This document shows, piece after piece, positions 29,177-40,758 of a stretch of 61,867 nt of DNA. The first letter of the stretch is position 1, and each line of letters begins with the position of its first letter. The notes under the pieces were generated by a model. The model was not told the origin of the DNA and did no database searches. It saw only the letters and a program-made list of their open reading frames with translations. The position numbers and the translations under genes were made by a program. Origin of the DNA: a bacterium (GTDB taxonomy: Bacteria; Actinomycetota; Acidimicrobiia; Spongiisociales; Spongiisociaceae); contig JAPPFW010000004.1 of assembly GCA_028821575.1 (NCBI GenBank), forward strand, positions 1 to 61,867, in the 5' to 3' direction.

Positions 29177-29920
29177 ATGAGATTGAAGGGCAGAACGGCA
29201 GTCGTCACGGGTGCAGGCCAGGGGATCGGAGCGGCCATAGCCCGCCTCTTCGCCGAGGAGGGGGCCAGACTGGTCCTTGCCGATGTGAGGAGTGGTCCCG
29301 TCGAAGGGGTGGTGGCTGGGATACGGGAAGCAGGGGGGGAGGCCGTGTTCGCTCGGACCGATGTCACCTCCGACGTCGACTGCCGGAGGATGATCGATAC
29401 CGCGGTGGACACTTACGGTGGTCTGAACATCCTGGTCAATAACGCCGGGATCGCGGGCAAGGGGACGGTCACGGAGGTGAGCGAAGACTTCTGGGACCGG
29501 GTGATGGCCGTGAACCTCAAGTCGATCTTCCTCGCCTCTAGGCACGCGGTTCCGCACATGGAACGCGGACGCGGCGGATCGATCGTCTGCGTCGCCTCAG
29601 TCGCCGGCGTGACGGGCGAGAAGGGTCAGGTGGCCTACAACACCTCCAAGCACGGTGTCATCGGTCTGGTGCGCTGCATGGCGTTCGACCACGCTCCGGC
29701 CGGTATCCGGGTCAATGCGGTCTGCCCCGGAGCGATCGACACCCCGCTGCTGAGCCCGCTGACCGAGGAACGCCGCACCAGGCTCGAGGGCATGCACCTG
29801 ATGGGTCGCCTGGGCCGGCCGGAGGAGATCGCCAGAGCGGTCCTCCACCTTGCGAGCGACGAGTCTTCGTTCACCACCGGAGCCGCCTACTTCGTGGACG
29901 GCGGCTACACGGCAATCTAG
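29177..29920 (+). CDS. SDR oxidoreductase
   Basis: TGAGQGIG, NNAG, YNTSK, VDGG. Confidence 0.92.
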   Translation: MRLKGRTAVVTGAGQGIGAAIARLFAEEGARLVLADVRSGPVEGVVAGIREAGGEAVFARTDVTSDVDCRRMIDTAVDTYGGLNILVNNAGIAGKGTVTEVSEDFWDRVMAVNLKSIFLASRHAVPHMERGRGGSIVCVASVAGVTGEKGQVAYNTSKHGVIGLVRCMAFDHAPAGIRVNAVCPGAIDTPLLSPLTEERRTRLEGMHLMGRLGRPEEIARAVLHLASDESSFTTGAAYFVDGGYTAI

Positions 29921-30027
29921 AGTCGGTCGTCGGTAGTCGGCTGCTTACCGCTCCACGGGTGAGACGTTTGGCGGTCGGATGGCAATTATCGTTCTTCAGA
30001 ACTGCCAGACAGAGGGAGGTCTGATCT

Positions 30028-30984
30028 GTGAGGGTCGGGTTCATCGGGCTCGGCAATGCTGGCAGCAAGCTGGCCGGGAGCCTCCTTCGCAACGACTTCG
30101 AAATGTTGGTCAGGGATCTGGACGCCGCCGCGGTCCGGCCCTTCATCGAGGCGGGAGCGGGCTGGGCAGACACGAGCCGGGACCTTGCACGGCGCAGCGA
30201 TCTGATCATCACGTGTCTTCCGTCGCCGGCCGCGGTCCGCTCGGTCATGGAGGGCGCGGATGGGGTGCTGGCCGGCCTCGGGCCCGGGAAGATCTGGCTG
30301 GAGATGAGCACCACAGACGAAGCCGAGGTCCGGCGTCTCGGCGATCATGTGGTGGCGGCCGGTGCGCATCCCCTGGACGGACCGGTGTCGGGAGGTTGCC
30401 ACCGGGCGGCTACCGGCAACATTTCCATTTTCGTGGGCGGGGAGCGCGACGACTTCGAGCGAGCCCTGCCGGTCCTGACCACCATGGGTCGGCGGATCCT
30501 GCATGTCGGTCCGCTCGGGGCGGCTTCGGTACTGAAGGTGGTGACCAACTATCTCGCCTCGGTCCATCTGGTGGCGCTGGGGGAGGCCCTGATGACCGCC
30601 CGGCAGGCCGGCATGGACCTCTCCACCGCCTACGAGGCCATCCGGATCAGTTCGGGTAACTCGTTCGTGCACGAGACCGAGTCGCAGGTCATCCTCAACG
30701 GGAGCTACAACATCAACTTCACGATGGATCTGGTGGTGAAGGACATGTCGCTCTTCCAGCAACTGGCGGATCTCCACGGGATCCCGCTGGAACTCTCTCC
30801 GCTGGTCCTCGACGTCTTCCGGCGTGGAGAGCAGGTGTACGGCTCCCGAGCCTGGTCCTCGGGCATAGTGAGGCTCTTGGAAGACGCCTGCGGTGTTGAC
30901 CTCCGGGCGTCAGGCTTCCCCGCCGAGATCGTGGACGATGAACCGGAGGGGCCCGGCTACGAAGTGACCCCTGCTCCCAGGTAG
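30028..30984 (+). CDS. 3-hydroxyisobutyrate dehydrogenase-family NAD(P) oxidoreductase
   Basis: GFIGLGNAG, EMST, DGPVSGG, KVVTN. Confidence 0.88.
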   Translation: MRVGFIGLGNAGSKLAGSLLRNDFEMLVRDLDAAAVRPFIEAGAGWADTSRDLARRSDLIITCLPSPAAVRSVMEGADGVLAGLGPGKIWLEMSTTDEAEVRRLGDHVVAAGAHPLDGPVSGGCHRAATGNISIFVGGERDDFERALPVLTTMGRRILHVGPLGAASVLKVVTNYLASVHLVALGEALMTARQAGMDLSTAYEAIRISSGNSFVHETESQVILNGSYNINFTMDLVVKDMSLFQQLADLHGIPLELSPLVLDVFRRGEQVYGSRAWSSGIVRLLEDACGVDLRASGFPAEIVDDEPEGPGYEVTPAPR

Positions 30985-32117
30985 CGGCGGTCCACCCGGG
31001 TGTTGATGTTGGTGAGGACCTCGTAGGGGATGGTGCCGGCCCACCTGGCCAGGTCGGTAGCGGTGATCGACTCGTCGCCCTGGCGCCCGATCAGGACGAC
31101 CTCGTCACCGTTGTAGGCCTCCCCCCCGGGTCCGATGTCGACCATGAACTGATCCATGCACACTCCCCCGACGATCGGCCGTCGCCGCCCTCCTACCAGC
31201 ACCCGGCCGTGGTCGGAGAGTGCGTGGAAATATCCGTCGCCGTAGCCGACCGGGACCGTCACCACACGCGTGTTACAGGCCGGGTGCCACTCCGCTCCGT
31301 AGCCGACGGGCATACCGGCCGGTTGCACCTTGAAGAAGACGACGCGCGACTTCCAGGCCAGCACCGGTGTCACGTCGACGGTCCGCTGAACCTCGTCCGA
31401 CGGGTAGACGCCGAACAGCAGGATGCCAGGTCTGACCAGGTCGAGGTGCGAGTCGGGATGCTGGAGGATCGCCCCGGAGTTGGCCAGGTGCAGCTTGGGC
31501 ATGGGCAGCCCGCGGTCGAGGTAGAAGGACACCGCCCGGCGGAAACGCTTCAACTGTCGGCGGGTCTGGGTCAGGTCGGCCCGGTCGGCGGTGGCGAAGT
31601 GGCTGTAGACCCCCTCCACCACCACGCTGGTGGCCTCCAGCCCAGCCCGGAACATCGCGGGCGCTGTGTCGGGTCGCATCCCGATCCGTCCCATGCCGGT
31701 ATCCACCTTGAGATGGATCCGGGCGGTCATACCCATGGCGGAGGCGGTCCGATCCACCTCGCGGAGCTTCTCGACCGAGGAGGCGGTGATCGTCAGGTCA
31801 TAGCGGAGGAAGTGGGGGATCTGGTTCACGTCGATGCCGCCCATCACCAGGATGGGGCAGCGGATCCCGGCCTCGCGCAGTAGTGCGCCCTCCTCCAAGA
31901 ACGCCACCGCCAGACCTGCCGCGCCAAGGGATTCGAGGTGCCTCGCTACCGGCAAGAGGCCGTGTCCGTATGCGTTGGCCTTCAGGACCGGGAGCATCCC
32001 TGCCCCACGCGTCGCCTTGTCCACGGCGCGGTAATTCGAAGCGAGGAGATCGAGGTCGATCTCGGCGAAGGTCGGCCGAGACAAGCGAGGGTCGAGGGCC
32101 ACCGTCGGTTCGAACAT
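30957..32117 (-). CDS. alr: Alanine racemase
   Basis: VLKANAYGHG, HLKVDTGMGRIG, YSHFA, GYGDG, CMDQ, TIPYE. Confidence 0.95.
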   Translation of the reverse strand: MFEPTVALDPRLSRPTFAEIDLDLLASNYRAVDKATRGAGMLPVLKANAYGHGLLPVARHLESLGAAGLAVAFLEEGALLREAGIRCPILVMGGIDVNQIPHFLRYDLTITASSVEKLREVDRTASAMGMTARIHLKVDTGMGRIGMRPDTAPAMFRAGLEATSVVVEGVYSHFATADRADLTQTRRQLKRFRRAVSFYLDRGLPMPKLHLANSGAILQHPDSHLDLVRPGILLFGVYPSDEVQRTVDVTPVLAWKSRVVFFKVQPAGMPVGYGAEWHPACNTRVVTVPVGYGDGYFHALSDHGRVLVGGRRRPIVGGVCMDQFMVDIGPGGEAYNGDEVVLIGRQGDESITATDLARWAGTIPYEVLTNINTRVDRRYLGAGVTS

Positions 32118-32249
32118 ACTTGCCGAGAGATTACCGTTATGGGTCAGATGCCAGGTGCGGCGTGGGTGACGCTACGGTCTTCGTCAAGGTGATGCGCGAT
32201 CTCCACGCGACATCCACCCACGTGCCACGGTCGGTGAATCGGTAAGGAG

Positions 32250-32534
32250 ATGAGCCTTGATGATGATGTGCGCCAGGCTCTGGCCAAGCTGCCCGACCGC
32301 CTTCTCGAGCATCAGGAGATGGTGCTCGTCGTGACCAACAGACAGCAGATAGGGGCCTCCTCCATCCAGGCCGCCCGGAGCGCCGCGGGCTACGTGGCCC
32401 ATAGCGACCACCAGCTGTTGTCCGACGCGGTGGTCCCCGGCGCATACATCGAGACCACCAGGTCCATGATCGAGCGCTACGGCGACGTGTGGTTTAGCGA
32501 TGAGAGCCAGGTCATCCGCCGGGAGCGCCTATGA
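32250..32534 (+). CDS. Hypothetical protein
   Basis: AAGGAG RBS; ATGA overlap with the next gene. Confidence 0.6.
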   Translation: MSLDDDVRQALAKLPDRLLEHQEMVLVVTNRQQIGASSIQAARSAAGYVAHSDHQLLSDAVVPGAYIETTRSMIERYGDVWFSDESQVIRRERL

Positions 32535-33457
32535 GCATTGAGACGATGAACGACACGATCACCGCGGTCCAGGGTGTGGAGGTGGGCCACTGGACCTCCG
32601 ATGATCACGGTACGGGGCTGACGGTGCTCGTCTTGCCGGAACCCAATGTGGCCGCCGCTGAGATACGGGGGGCGGCCCCAGGGAGCAGGGAGACCGCGCT
32701 GCTCCGACCGGAGATGAGGGTGCACCAGATACAGGCGCTGGTCTTCACGGGCGGGTCGGCCTTCGGGCTTGCGGCGGTCGACGGGGTGGTGCGCGAGTTG
32801 GCGGCCGACGGTCGGGGCCACCCCACGAGGAACGGACCGGTACCGATCGTTCCCGCTGCGGTGATATACGACCTCGACCGGCCGTCCGGCTTCCGACCAG
32901 GTGCTGAGGAAGGTGCCCACGCGTACCGGAACCGCTCCGCCGATCCGGTCCCGACCGGACGGATCGGAGCGGGAAGAGGCGCCACCACTTCGCAGTGGCG
33001 GGGCCCGCAGGCGGTGCGCCCCTCCGGCCTGGGGTCGGCGCTGATAGAGATGGGCGGGGTCCGAGTTGGCGCGCTGGCGGTGGTGAACGCGGTGGGCGAC
33101 GTGTTCACGCTCGGGGGAAGAGCTCTCACCGGCGGTGAGCCCTACCCGGGCCCGCCTGCTTCCGCCATCGGCACGGGCACCAACACGACCCTGGTGGCGG
33201 TGGCTACCGAGGGACGTCTCGAACGCGTCGACCTGATCAGGATGTGCATCCGGTCCCAGGACGCGGTGGCGGCCTGCGTGCGACCGGCTCACACCCGATA
33301 TGATGGGGATGCGGTGTTTGCCATCTCCTGCGGCTCTGCCGAACCCGACCACGATGCGCTCGGCGAGGCCGCGTTCGTGGCGACTGCGCGGGCGATCGAG
33401 GCGGCGGTGCGTTCCCCCAGGTCCCCGGGTTCCAATCAGCTGGAGGGTCCTGTATGA
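32531..33457 (+). CDS. P1/S58 (DmpA-like) peptidase
   Basis: ITAVQGVEVGH, GGSAFGL, GAGRGA, NTTL, DGD. Confidence 0.88.
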   Translation: MSIETMNDTITAVQGVEVGHWTSDDHGTGLTVLVLPEPNVAAAEIRGAAPGSRETALLRPEMRVHQIQALVFTGGSAFGLAAVDGVVRELAADGRGHPTRNGPVPIVPAAVIYDLDRPSGFRPGAEEGAHAYRNRSADPVPTGRIGAGRGATTSQWRGPQAVRPSGLGSALIEMGGVRVGALAVVNAVGDVFTLGGRALTGGEPYPGPPASAIGTGTNTTLVAVATEGRLERVDLIRMCIRSQDAVAACVRPAHTRYDGDAVFAISCGSAEPDHDALGEAAFVATARAIEAAVRSPRSPGSNQLEGPV

Positions 33458-34110
33458 CCAGGGTCGACGTCGAGGCACGCCTCGCGGAGTTGGCCTCGGA
33501 GGCTGCGACCTGTACCGCCTGCCGGCTCAGCGAGGGCCGCACCCAGGCGGTGTTCGCGGACGGCTCCCCCGACGCAGACATCATGTTCATCGGCGAGGGG
33601 CCCGGCTTCTACGAGGATCGGGAGGGTCTGCCATTCGTGGGCAAGGCCGGCATGCTTCTCAACCGTCTGCTGGGGGAGGTGGGTCTGAACCGGCGTGACG
33701 TGTACATCGCCAACGTGGTCAAGTGCCGGCCTCCCGGGAACCGGGATCCTCGTCCGGACGAGATCGAGGCGTGCAAGCACTTCCTTGTGGAGCAGATCAG
33801 GATGGTGGATCCCGCGGTGGTCATGACGATGGGGAACTTCGCCACCAAGCTGCTGCTGAAGACCTCCACGGGCATCACCAGGACACGCGGGACGGTGTTT
33901 CCCTGGTGGGGGCGAGTGGTGATCCCGACTTTCCACCCGGCCGCCGCGCTGCGTAGCGGACCTGCCATGGCAGACACGATACGGGGTGATCTGGAGTTGG
34001 CGGTGAGGACCGCCGACGACCGATTGGCTGGGCCCGAGCCGGAGGGGGAGAGGAGCGGCTTGACCGACCCCGAAGCAGAACCCCCCAAGCAACTCGGCCT
34101 GTTTGGATGA
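33454..34110 (+). CDS. Uracil-DNA glycosylase family 4 (Fe-S)
   Basis: CxxC, GEGPG..ED, PFVG, NVVKCRPP.NR, HPAA. Confidence 0.92.
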   Translation: MTRVDVEARLAELASEAATCTACRLSEGRTQAVFADGSPDADIMFIGEGPGFYEDREGLPFVGKAGMLLNRLLGEVGLNRRDVYIANVVKCRPPGNRDPRPDEIEACKHFLVEQIRMVDPAVVMTMGNFATKLLLKTSTGITRTRGTVFPWWGRVVIPTFHPAAALRSGPAMADTIRGDLELAVRTADDRLAGPEPEGERSGLTDPEAEPPKQLGLFG

Positions 34111-34586
34111 TCGTACTTCAAGCGCCCACCGCCGCGGACACCCGGCGGGTGGGCAGGGCGCTCGCTGCGCTGTCCCATGAAGGCGACATCATCCTGCTGG
34201 TGGGGCCACTCGGAGCCGGAAAGACAGTCCTGGCATCCGGTCTCGCCGAGGGTCTCGGGGTGACCGAGGTGCTCGTCTCTCCGAGTTTCATACTGGCGCG
34301 GACCTACGCGGACGGTTTCATGCCTCTCGTCCACGCCGACGTCTACCGGATCGGAACCTCCGGGGAGTTCATGGACCTCGACCTGGTGGACATGGCACGG
34401 GAGGGGTTGCTGATCGTTGAGTGGGGCGACGCAGTGGCGGCGTTACTACCCGACACGTGCCTTACAGTGGAGATCTCCGTTGCGGGTTCAGGCTCGCGGA
34501 CGATACGTCTCAGACCCCGCGGCCCGTGGTGTGATCGCCCGCTCGAAGAACTCGTGAAGGCTGTCCATCTGGAGCGCGAGCCATGA
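34107..34586 (+). CDS. tsaE: tRNA t6A biosynthesis ATPase TsaE
   Basis: GPLGAGKT, SPSF, HADVYR, VEWG. Confidence 0.92.
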   Translation: MIVLQAPTAADTRRVGRALAALSHEGDIILLVGPLGAGKTVLASGLAEGLGVTEVLVSPSFILARTYADGFMPLVHADVYRIGTSGEFMDLDLVDMAREGLLIVEWGDAVAALLPDTCLTVEISVAGSGSRTIRLRPRGPWCDRPLEELVKAVHLEREP

Positions 34587-35287
34587 GGATTCTCGCCATA
34601 GAGACCGCCACCGGCGCCTCGTCGGTCGCCCTGGTCGAGGGACGCCTGGTGGCGGCGTCGGCGAGCCGGCTGGGTAGGACAGGTCATGACGGTTTCCTGA
34701 TCCCGGCAATCGACTTCTGCTTCGAGCAGGCAGCCTGGGGGCCTGAAGAACTCGACATGGTGGTGGTGGACGCCGGGCCCGGACTGTTCACCGGCATTCG
34801 GGTGGGAATCGCTACCGGTCAGGGTGTGGCCGCCATGCTCGGCGTTCCGATCATGGCGGCGTCATCGTTAGACGCGCTGGCCTTGCGCGCCGCCACCGGC
34901 CGTCGCCACATCTGGTCGGTGGTGGATGCACGCCGGCGGGAGGTGGCGGTAGCGGGTTACCGGCCGGTTCCCGGGGGAGCGGTCATGGACTCGCCTCCCG
35001 AGTTAGTCGGCTACCAGCACATCCGGGGGATCCTCGAGTCGGATCCGGACGACGTGTTGGTGGTGGGGGACGTAGAGGCGCTGCCCGCGTCCGCACTGCG
35101 GGGCCTCAAGCGCGTCAAGGCCGGCATGCCCCGCTACCCGTCGGCCGACGCTCTCGCCGAAGTGGTGGTGGCAAGGGCGGAGAGGGGCGACTTCGGCGAT
35201 CCCGATGACGTGCGGCCCCTGTACATGCGAGAGCCCGATGTGACGCTGGGTTCGATCCACCTCAGAGAGGGTGGACTGTGGGTGTGA
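34583..35287 (+). CDS. tsaB: tRNA t6A biosynthesis protein TsaB
   Basis: ILAIETAT, GPGLFTGIRVG, DARRREV, PLYMR. Confidence 0.92.
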   Translation: MRILAIETATGASSVALVEGRLVAASASRLGRTGHDGFLIPAIDFCFEQAAWGPEELDMVVVDAGPGLFTGIRVGIATGQGVAAMLGVPIMAASSLDALALRAATGRRHIWSVVDARRREVAVAGYRPVPGGAVMDSPPELVGYQHIRGILESDPDDVLVVGDVEALPASALRGLKRVKAGMPRYPSADALAEVVVARAERGDFGDPDDVRPLYMREPDVTLGSIHLREGGLWV

Positions 35288-35778
35288 GCGGAACCACCGC
35301 GGTGAGGGAGATGGGCCCCTCCGACCTCGACCAGGTGATGGAGATCGAGCGCGTCACTTTCGCAACCCCGTGGGCACGCGAGGTCTTCGAGGACGAGATG
35401 GGGGCTCCCGGACGTTCCTACCTCGTGGCCCGGTACGGGAGCCGGGTGGTGGGCTACGGCGGAGTGATGGTGGTGGCTGACGACGCGCACATCAATACCC
35501 TCGCCACCGTCCGTCCTGCCCCGGTGCCCGCCGTGGGGACACGGCTCATGCTGGCACTGGTGGACCGAGGCTTGGAGGCGGGCGCCGAGTACCTGACCCT
35601 CGAGGTGAGAACCTCCAACCGCCGCGCCCAGGAGTTCTACCGCAAGTTCGGGATGGCCCCCGTCGGGGTGCGGAAGCACTACTACCAGGACGACGACGCG
35701 CTGGTCATGTGGGCCCACGACATCGGCGGCGCCGACTACCAGGCCCGGCTTCACCGCATCAGGGACGCTCTGCCATGA
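35284..35778 (+). CDS. rimI: Ribosomal protein S18 alanine acetyltransferase
   Basis: LEVRTSN..A..FY.KFG..VGVRKHYY..DDALVM; synteny. Confidence 0.9.
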   Translation: MSGTTAVREMGPSDLDQVMEIERVTFATPWAREVFEDEMGAPGRSYLVARYGSRVVGYGGVMVVADDAHINTLATVRPAPVPAVGTRLMLALVDRGLEAGAEYLTLEVRTSNRRAQEFYRKFGMAPVGVRKHYYQDDDALVMWAHDIGGADYQARLHRIRDALP

Positions 35779-36785
35779 GCGGACCTCTCGTCCTGGCCTT
35801 CGAGACCTCCTGCGACGAGACCGCAATCGCGGTCGTGAGGGGTCGAACCGTTCTCTCCAACCTCCTGTCATCCCAGGTGGAGATGCATGCCCGGTTCGGA
35901 GGCGTGGTTCCCGAGGTGGCTGCTCGCGCTCACGTCGAGGCCATCCGCTCCCTGACCCATCAGGCGCTCGGGGAGGCCGGTGTCCACCCCGACGACCTCG
36001 ACGCTGTCGCGGCGACGCGGGGGCCCGGACTGGTGGGTGCCCTACTGGTCGGCTACTCGTTCGCTAAGGCTATGGCCTGGAGTAGGGACCTTCCGTTCAT
36101 AGGCGTGGACCATATGGAAGGCCACCTGTACGCACCGCGCCTGGAGTTCGAGGAGTTCCGACCTCCCGCAGTCGTCCTCCTCGCCTCCGGCGGGCACAGC
36201 CAGGTGGTGCTGATGGAGGGCTGGGGCGAGTATCGCGTGCTCGGCCAGACCATCGACGACGCGGCAGGCGAAGCATTCGACAAGCTAGCCCGGTTCATGG
36301 GGCTGGGATTCCCCGGCGGTCCGGCCATAGACGCGCTGTCGGAAACGGGTGACCCGGAGGCTATCCGTTTCCCCCGGGCACTCCCTCATCGCCGGTACGA
36401 CTTCTCCTTCTCGGGTCTGAAGACATCGGTTGTGACACGGCTCGAGAAGGCCTGGGCGGCGGGAACCTTGCCGGCGGCTGAGGACGCGGCGGCGTCCATC
36501 CAGGAAGCAATCGTGGACGTGCTGGTGCAGAAGACCATGAACGCGGTCGAGGACCAAGGGGTCGAGATCGTCGGTGGCGGAGGTGGTGTGCTTGCCAATC
36601 GACGGCTGCGGCAGCGGCTGGAGGAGGAGGCACATCGGCGCGGGGTAGCCATGTTCCTGCCGAGTCCGATCATGTGCACGGACAACGGCGCCATGATCGG
36701 GGCGGCCGGCTCCTACCGTCTGGAGAGGGGCGAGACCACCCCCTGGACCACCGGAGTTGATTCATCCATGGTGATTGGTGGTTAG
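35775..36785 (+). CDS. tsaD: tRNA N6-threonylcarbamoyltransferase TsaD
   Basis: ETSCDET, GGVVPE, HMEGH, DDAAGEAFDK, FSFSGLKT, CTDNGAMI. Confidence 0.96.
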   Translation: MSGPLVLAFETSCDETAIAVVRGRTVLSNLLSSQVEMHARFGGVVPEVAARAHVEAIRSLTHQALGEAGVHPDDLDAVAATRGPGLVGALLVGYSFAKAMAWSRDLPFIGVDHMEGHLYAPRLEFEEFRPPAVVLLASGGHSQVVLMEGWGEYRVLGQTIDDAAGEAFDKLARFMGLGFPGGPAIDALSETGDPEAIRFPRALPHRRYDFSFSGLKTSVVTRLEKAWAAGTLPAAEDAAASIQEAIVDVLVQKTMNAVEDQGVEIVGGGGGVLANRRLRQRLEEEAHRRGVAMFLPSPIMCTDNGAMIGAAGSYRLERGETTPWTTGVDSSMVIGG

Positions 36786-36854
36786 TGGTGACAATCATCT
36801 ATGTTACTTGTTGTTGCGATCGATAGGTAGTGTCCCAGCCACCAGCCACCCCGA

Positions 36855-36911
36855 TTAGCAGTCCTGGCCCAAGGCTGCTAACTTCTGGCACTCGTAAGGT
36901 ACGAGTGCCAA
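36855..36911 (+). promoter_or_regulatory. Two tandem CIRCE (HrcA operator) elements
   Basis: TTAGCAGTC-N9-GGCTGCTAA (36855-36881) and CTGGCACTC-N9-GAGTGCCAA (36885-36911) versus consensus TTAGCACTC-N9-GAGTGCTAA, upstream of groES. Confidence 0.92.
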
Positions 36912-37004
36912 TCGGGGGTCCGCAACAACGCCGGCCTTCGGTGGCGTCCTACCGGGCGCCTGAGCGCTCTGTACAAACAGTCACCTGTTCAAGGAGGACT
37001 TCGG

Positions 37005-38970
<1,966 letters not shown>

Positions 38971-38996
38971 TCACCTCCCCTCCTGCAAGGCAAGAC

Positions 38997-39030
38997 CGAG
39001 ACGGCCCGTCCGAAGAGGCGGGCCGTCTCG
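38997..39030 (+). terminator. Stem-loop terminator of groESL
   Basis: CGAGACGGCCCGTC..GGCGGGCCGTCTCG. Confidence 0.75.
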
Positions 39031-39111
39031 CGTCCGGACACACCGACCGGCCTGCCGGGTACGCGGATGCCCGTCTCCGGAGGTCCCGGTGTGGCGGGAG
39101 CACGCCTGGGC

Positions 39112-40110
39112 ATGTCTATCGTGCGCGAAATGCAACCACAACAACCCCTACCTAGGATCGACCTGGCAAACACGCCCACACCCCTGCAGGCGTTTCCACG
39201 CCTGCGGGAGGTCTGGGGCGGTCCCCACGTTTGGGTCAAGCGAGATGACCTGACGGGCTTCGGCCTGTCCGGCAACAAGGTCCGGAAGCTGGAGTTCCAT
39301 CTGGCAGCGGCCCGGGAAGCCGGCGCCGACACTGTCATCACCTGCGGGGCGGTCCAGTCCAATCACTGCCGGGCCACGGCCCTGGCATGCGCACGCCTCG
39401 GATTCGACGTACGTCTGGTTCTCCGCACCGCCGACGGGAAGCCGCCCCCGAAGGCGGTCGCCAACCTGTTCATCGGCTCCCTCGCCGGCGCGACCATCCG
39501 CTACATCGCGGTGGACGAGTGGGTCGACCGGGATGCGATCATGGCTGAGGAGGCCGAGAAGCTGGAATCTGCCGGCCAGAAGGTATGGGTTATTCCCCAG
39601 GGCGCCTCCGACAGGCTCGGGATGTGGGGCATGTCACTGGGATTCCGGGAGTTGATCGGGCAGATCCCGCAGGTGATCGGCCAGGATGTGGCCGAGATAT
39701 GGCATCCGGGATCGTCGGGAGGCACCACGTCGGGATTCGGATGGGGATCTGACCGGGCCGCTTTCGAGACGCCGATCGTCGCGCTCTGCATCTCGGAGCC
39801 GGCGGAGTCGCTCATAGCCCGCGTAACCCGAATCTGGTCATCGGGGGTGGAAGCATTCGGCGGCGACATGCCGCAAACCCCCCTCGAATACATCGACCGC
39901 TACCTCACGGGTGGCTACGCCCAAGTCACCGACGAGTTGGTCGAGGTGCAGGCCGAGGCTACCCGGCTCACGGGGTTGCTCTTCGACCCCACCTACACCG
40001 GCAAGGCCATCTACGGCCTGCGGATGGAGATCGCCAAGGGTCGGTTCGGCCCGGACGACCATGTGATCTTCTGGCATACGGGCGGTGGTTTCGGCGCGCT
40101 AGTCGGCTAG
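39112..40110 (+). CDS. D-cysteine desulfhydrase / ACC deaminase family PLP enzyme (DcyD-like; start may be 39130)
   Basis: KRDD..SGNKVRKLEF, QSNH; DPTYTGKA and HTGG carry the Thr residues typical of DcyD rather than AcdS. Confidence 0.88.
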   Translation: MSIVREMQPQQPLPRIDLANTPTPLQAFPRLREVWGGPHVWVKRDDLTGFGLSGNKVRKLEFHLAAAREAGADTVITCGAVQSNHCRATALACARLGFDVRLVLRTADGKPPPKAVANLFIGSLAGATIRYIAVDEWVDRDAIMAEEAEKLESAGQKVWVIPQGASDRLGMWGMSLGFRELIGQIPQVIGQDVAEIWHPGSSGGTTSGFGWGSDRAAFETPIVALCISEPAESLIARVTRIWSSGVEAFGGDMPQTPLEYIDRYLTGGYAQVTDELVEVQAEATRLTGLLFDPTYTGKAIYGLRMEIAKGRFGPDDHVIFWHTGGGFGALVG

Positions 40111-40267
40111 CAAGCGCCGCACCGGACACCGCTACTCGTGGACGATGACTCTGTCGGGGCTGACCGCGTCACCGATGCATCGGGAGCGAACGCCGATCGG
40201 TGGGCCGGGGACGGTCGGTTAGAGCGACATCCACCGGGGAGTTTCGCATTGGATAGTCCCTCGGTGG

Positions 40268-40594
40268 TCAGACGAGAACTGCGGCTTGATCGATCCAGGA
40301 GGTGAGCAGTGCTTCATCGAGTCCGGTCCGCTTGGCGAGTTCGGCGGCGCTCGCGTCGGCGAGTTGAGCGATGCCATCCACTCCGGCAGTCTGCAGGAGT
40401 TCGGCCGCAGCGGGTGACAGCCCTGGGATCTGCAGGAGGTCGGAGTCCGGTCGCGGCTCGGATCCTGGTTCAGGGGCGGGTTTCGGTGTCTGGGGTTCAC
40501 GGTTCAGGGTCATCCCCACGAACCGGTTGCGGATGAGCCACCCGACCGCGCCCAGACCCCCCAGAAAAGCAAATACCTTCAGCAGCCGTTTCAT
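40268..40594 (-). CDS. Small membrane-anchored helix-hairpin-helix protein
   Basis: N-terminal hydrophobic anchor; DLLQIPGLSPAAAELLQTAGV..WIDQA. Confidence 0.7.
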   Translation of the reverse strand: MKRLLKVFAFLGGLGAVGWLIRNRFVGMTLNREPQTPKPAPEPGSEPRPDSDLLQIPGLSPAAAELLQTAGVDGIAQLADASAAELAKRTGLDEALLTSWIDQAAVLV

Positions 40595-40758
40595 GACAGT
40601 GGTCCCCTACCTCCTAGGCTTTCTGGCCGACAGGCCGTGCTGAACCGCGAACCGGTCTGTCCGACCGCCATATGATGCTAACTGTTCCACGAAGTTAGAT
40701 GCAGTCCCGGCGGCAACGAAGGCACCTCCTGGACGACCAGAGGGGGAAACGGACGGTT

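Noticed and set aside
36855-36911. Tandem CIRCE as a novelty
   Set aside because: Double CIRCE upstream of groES is normal in actinobacteria; listed as a feature only.
39112-40110. ACC deaminase (acdS)
   Set aside because: Has YTGK and HTGG rather than the Glu/Leu residues diagnostic of AcdS.
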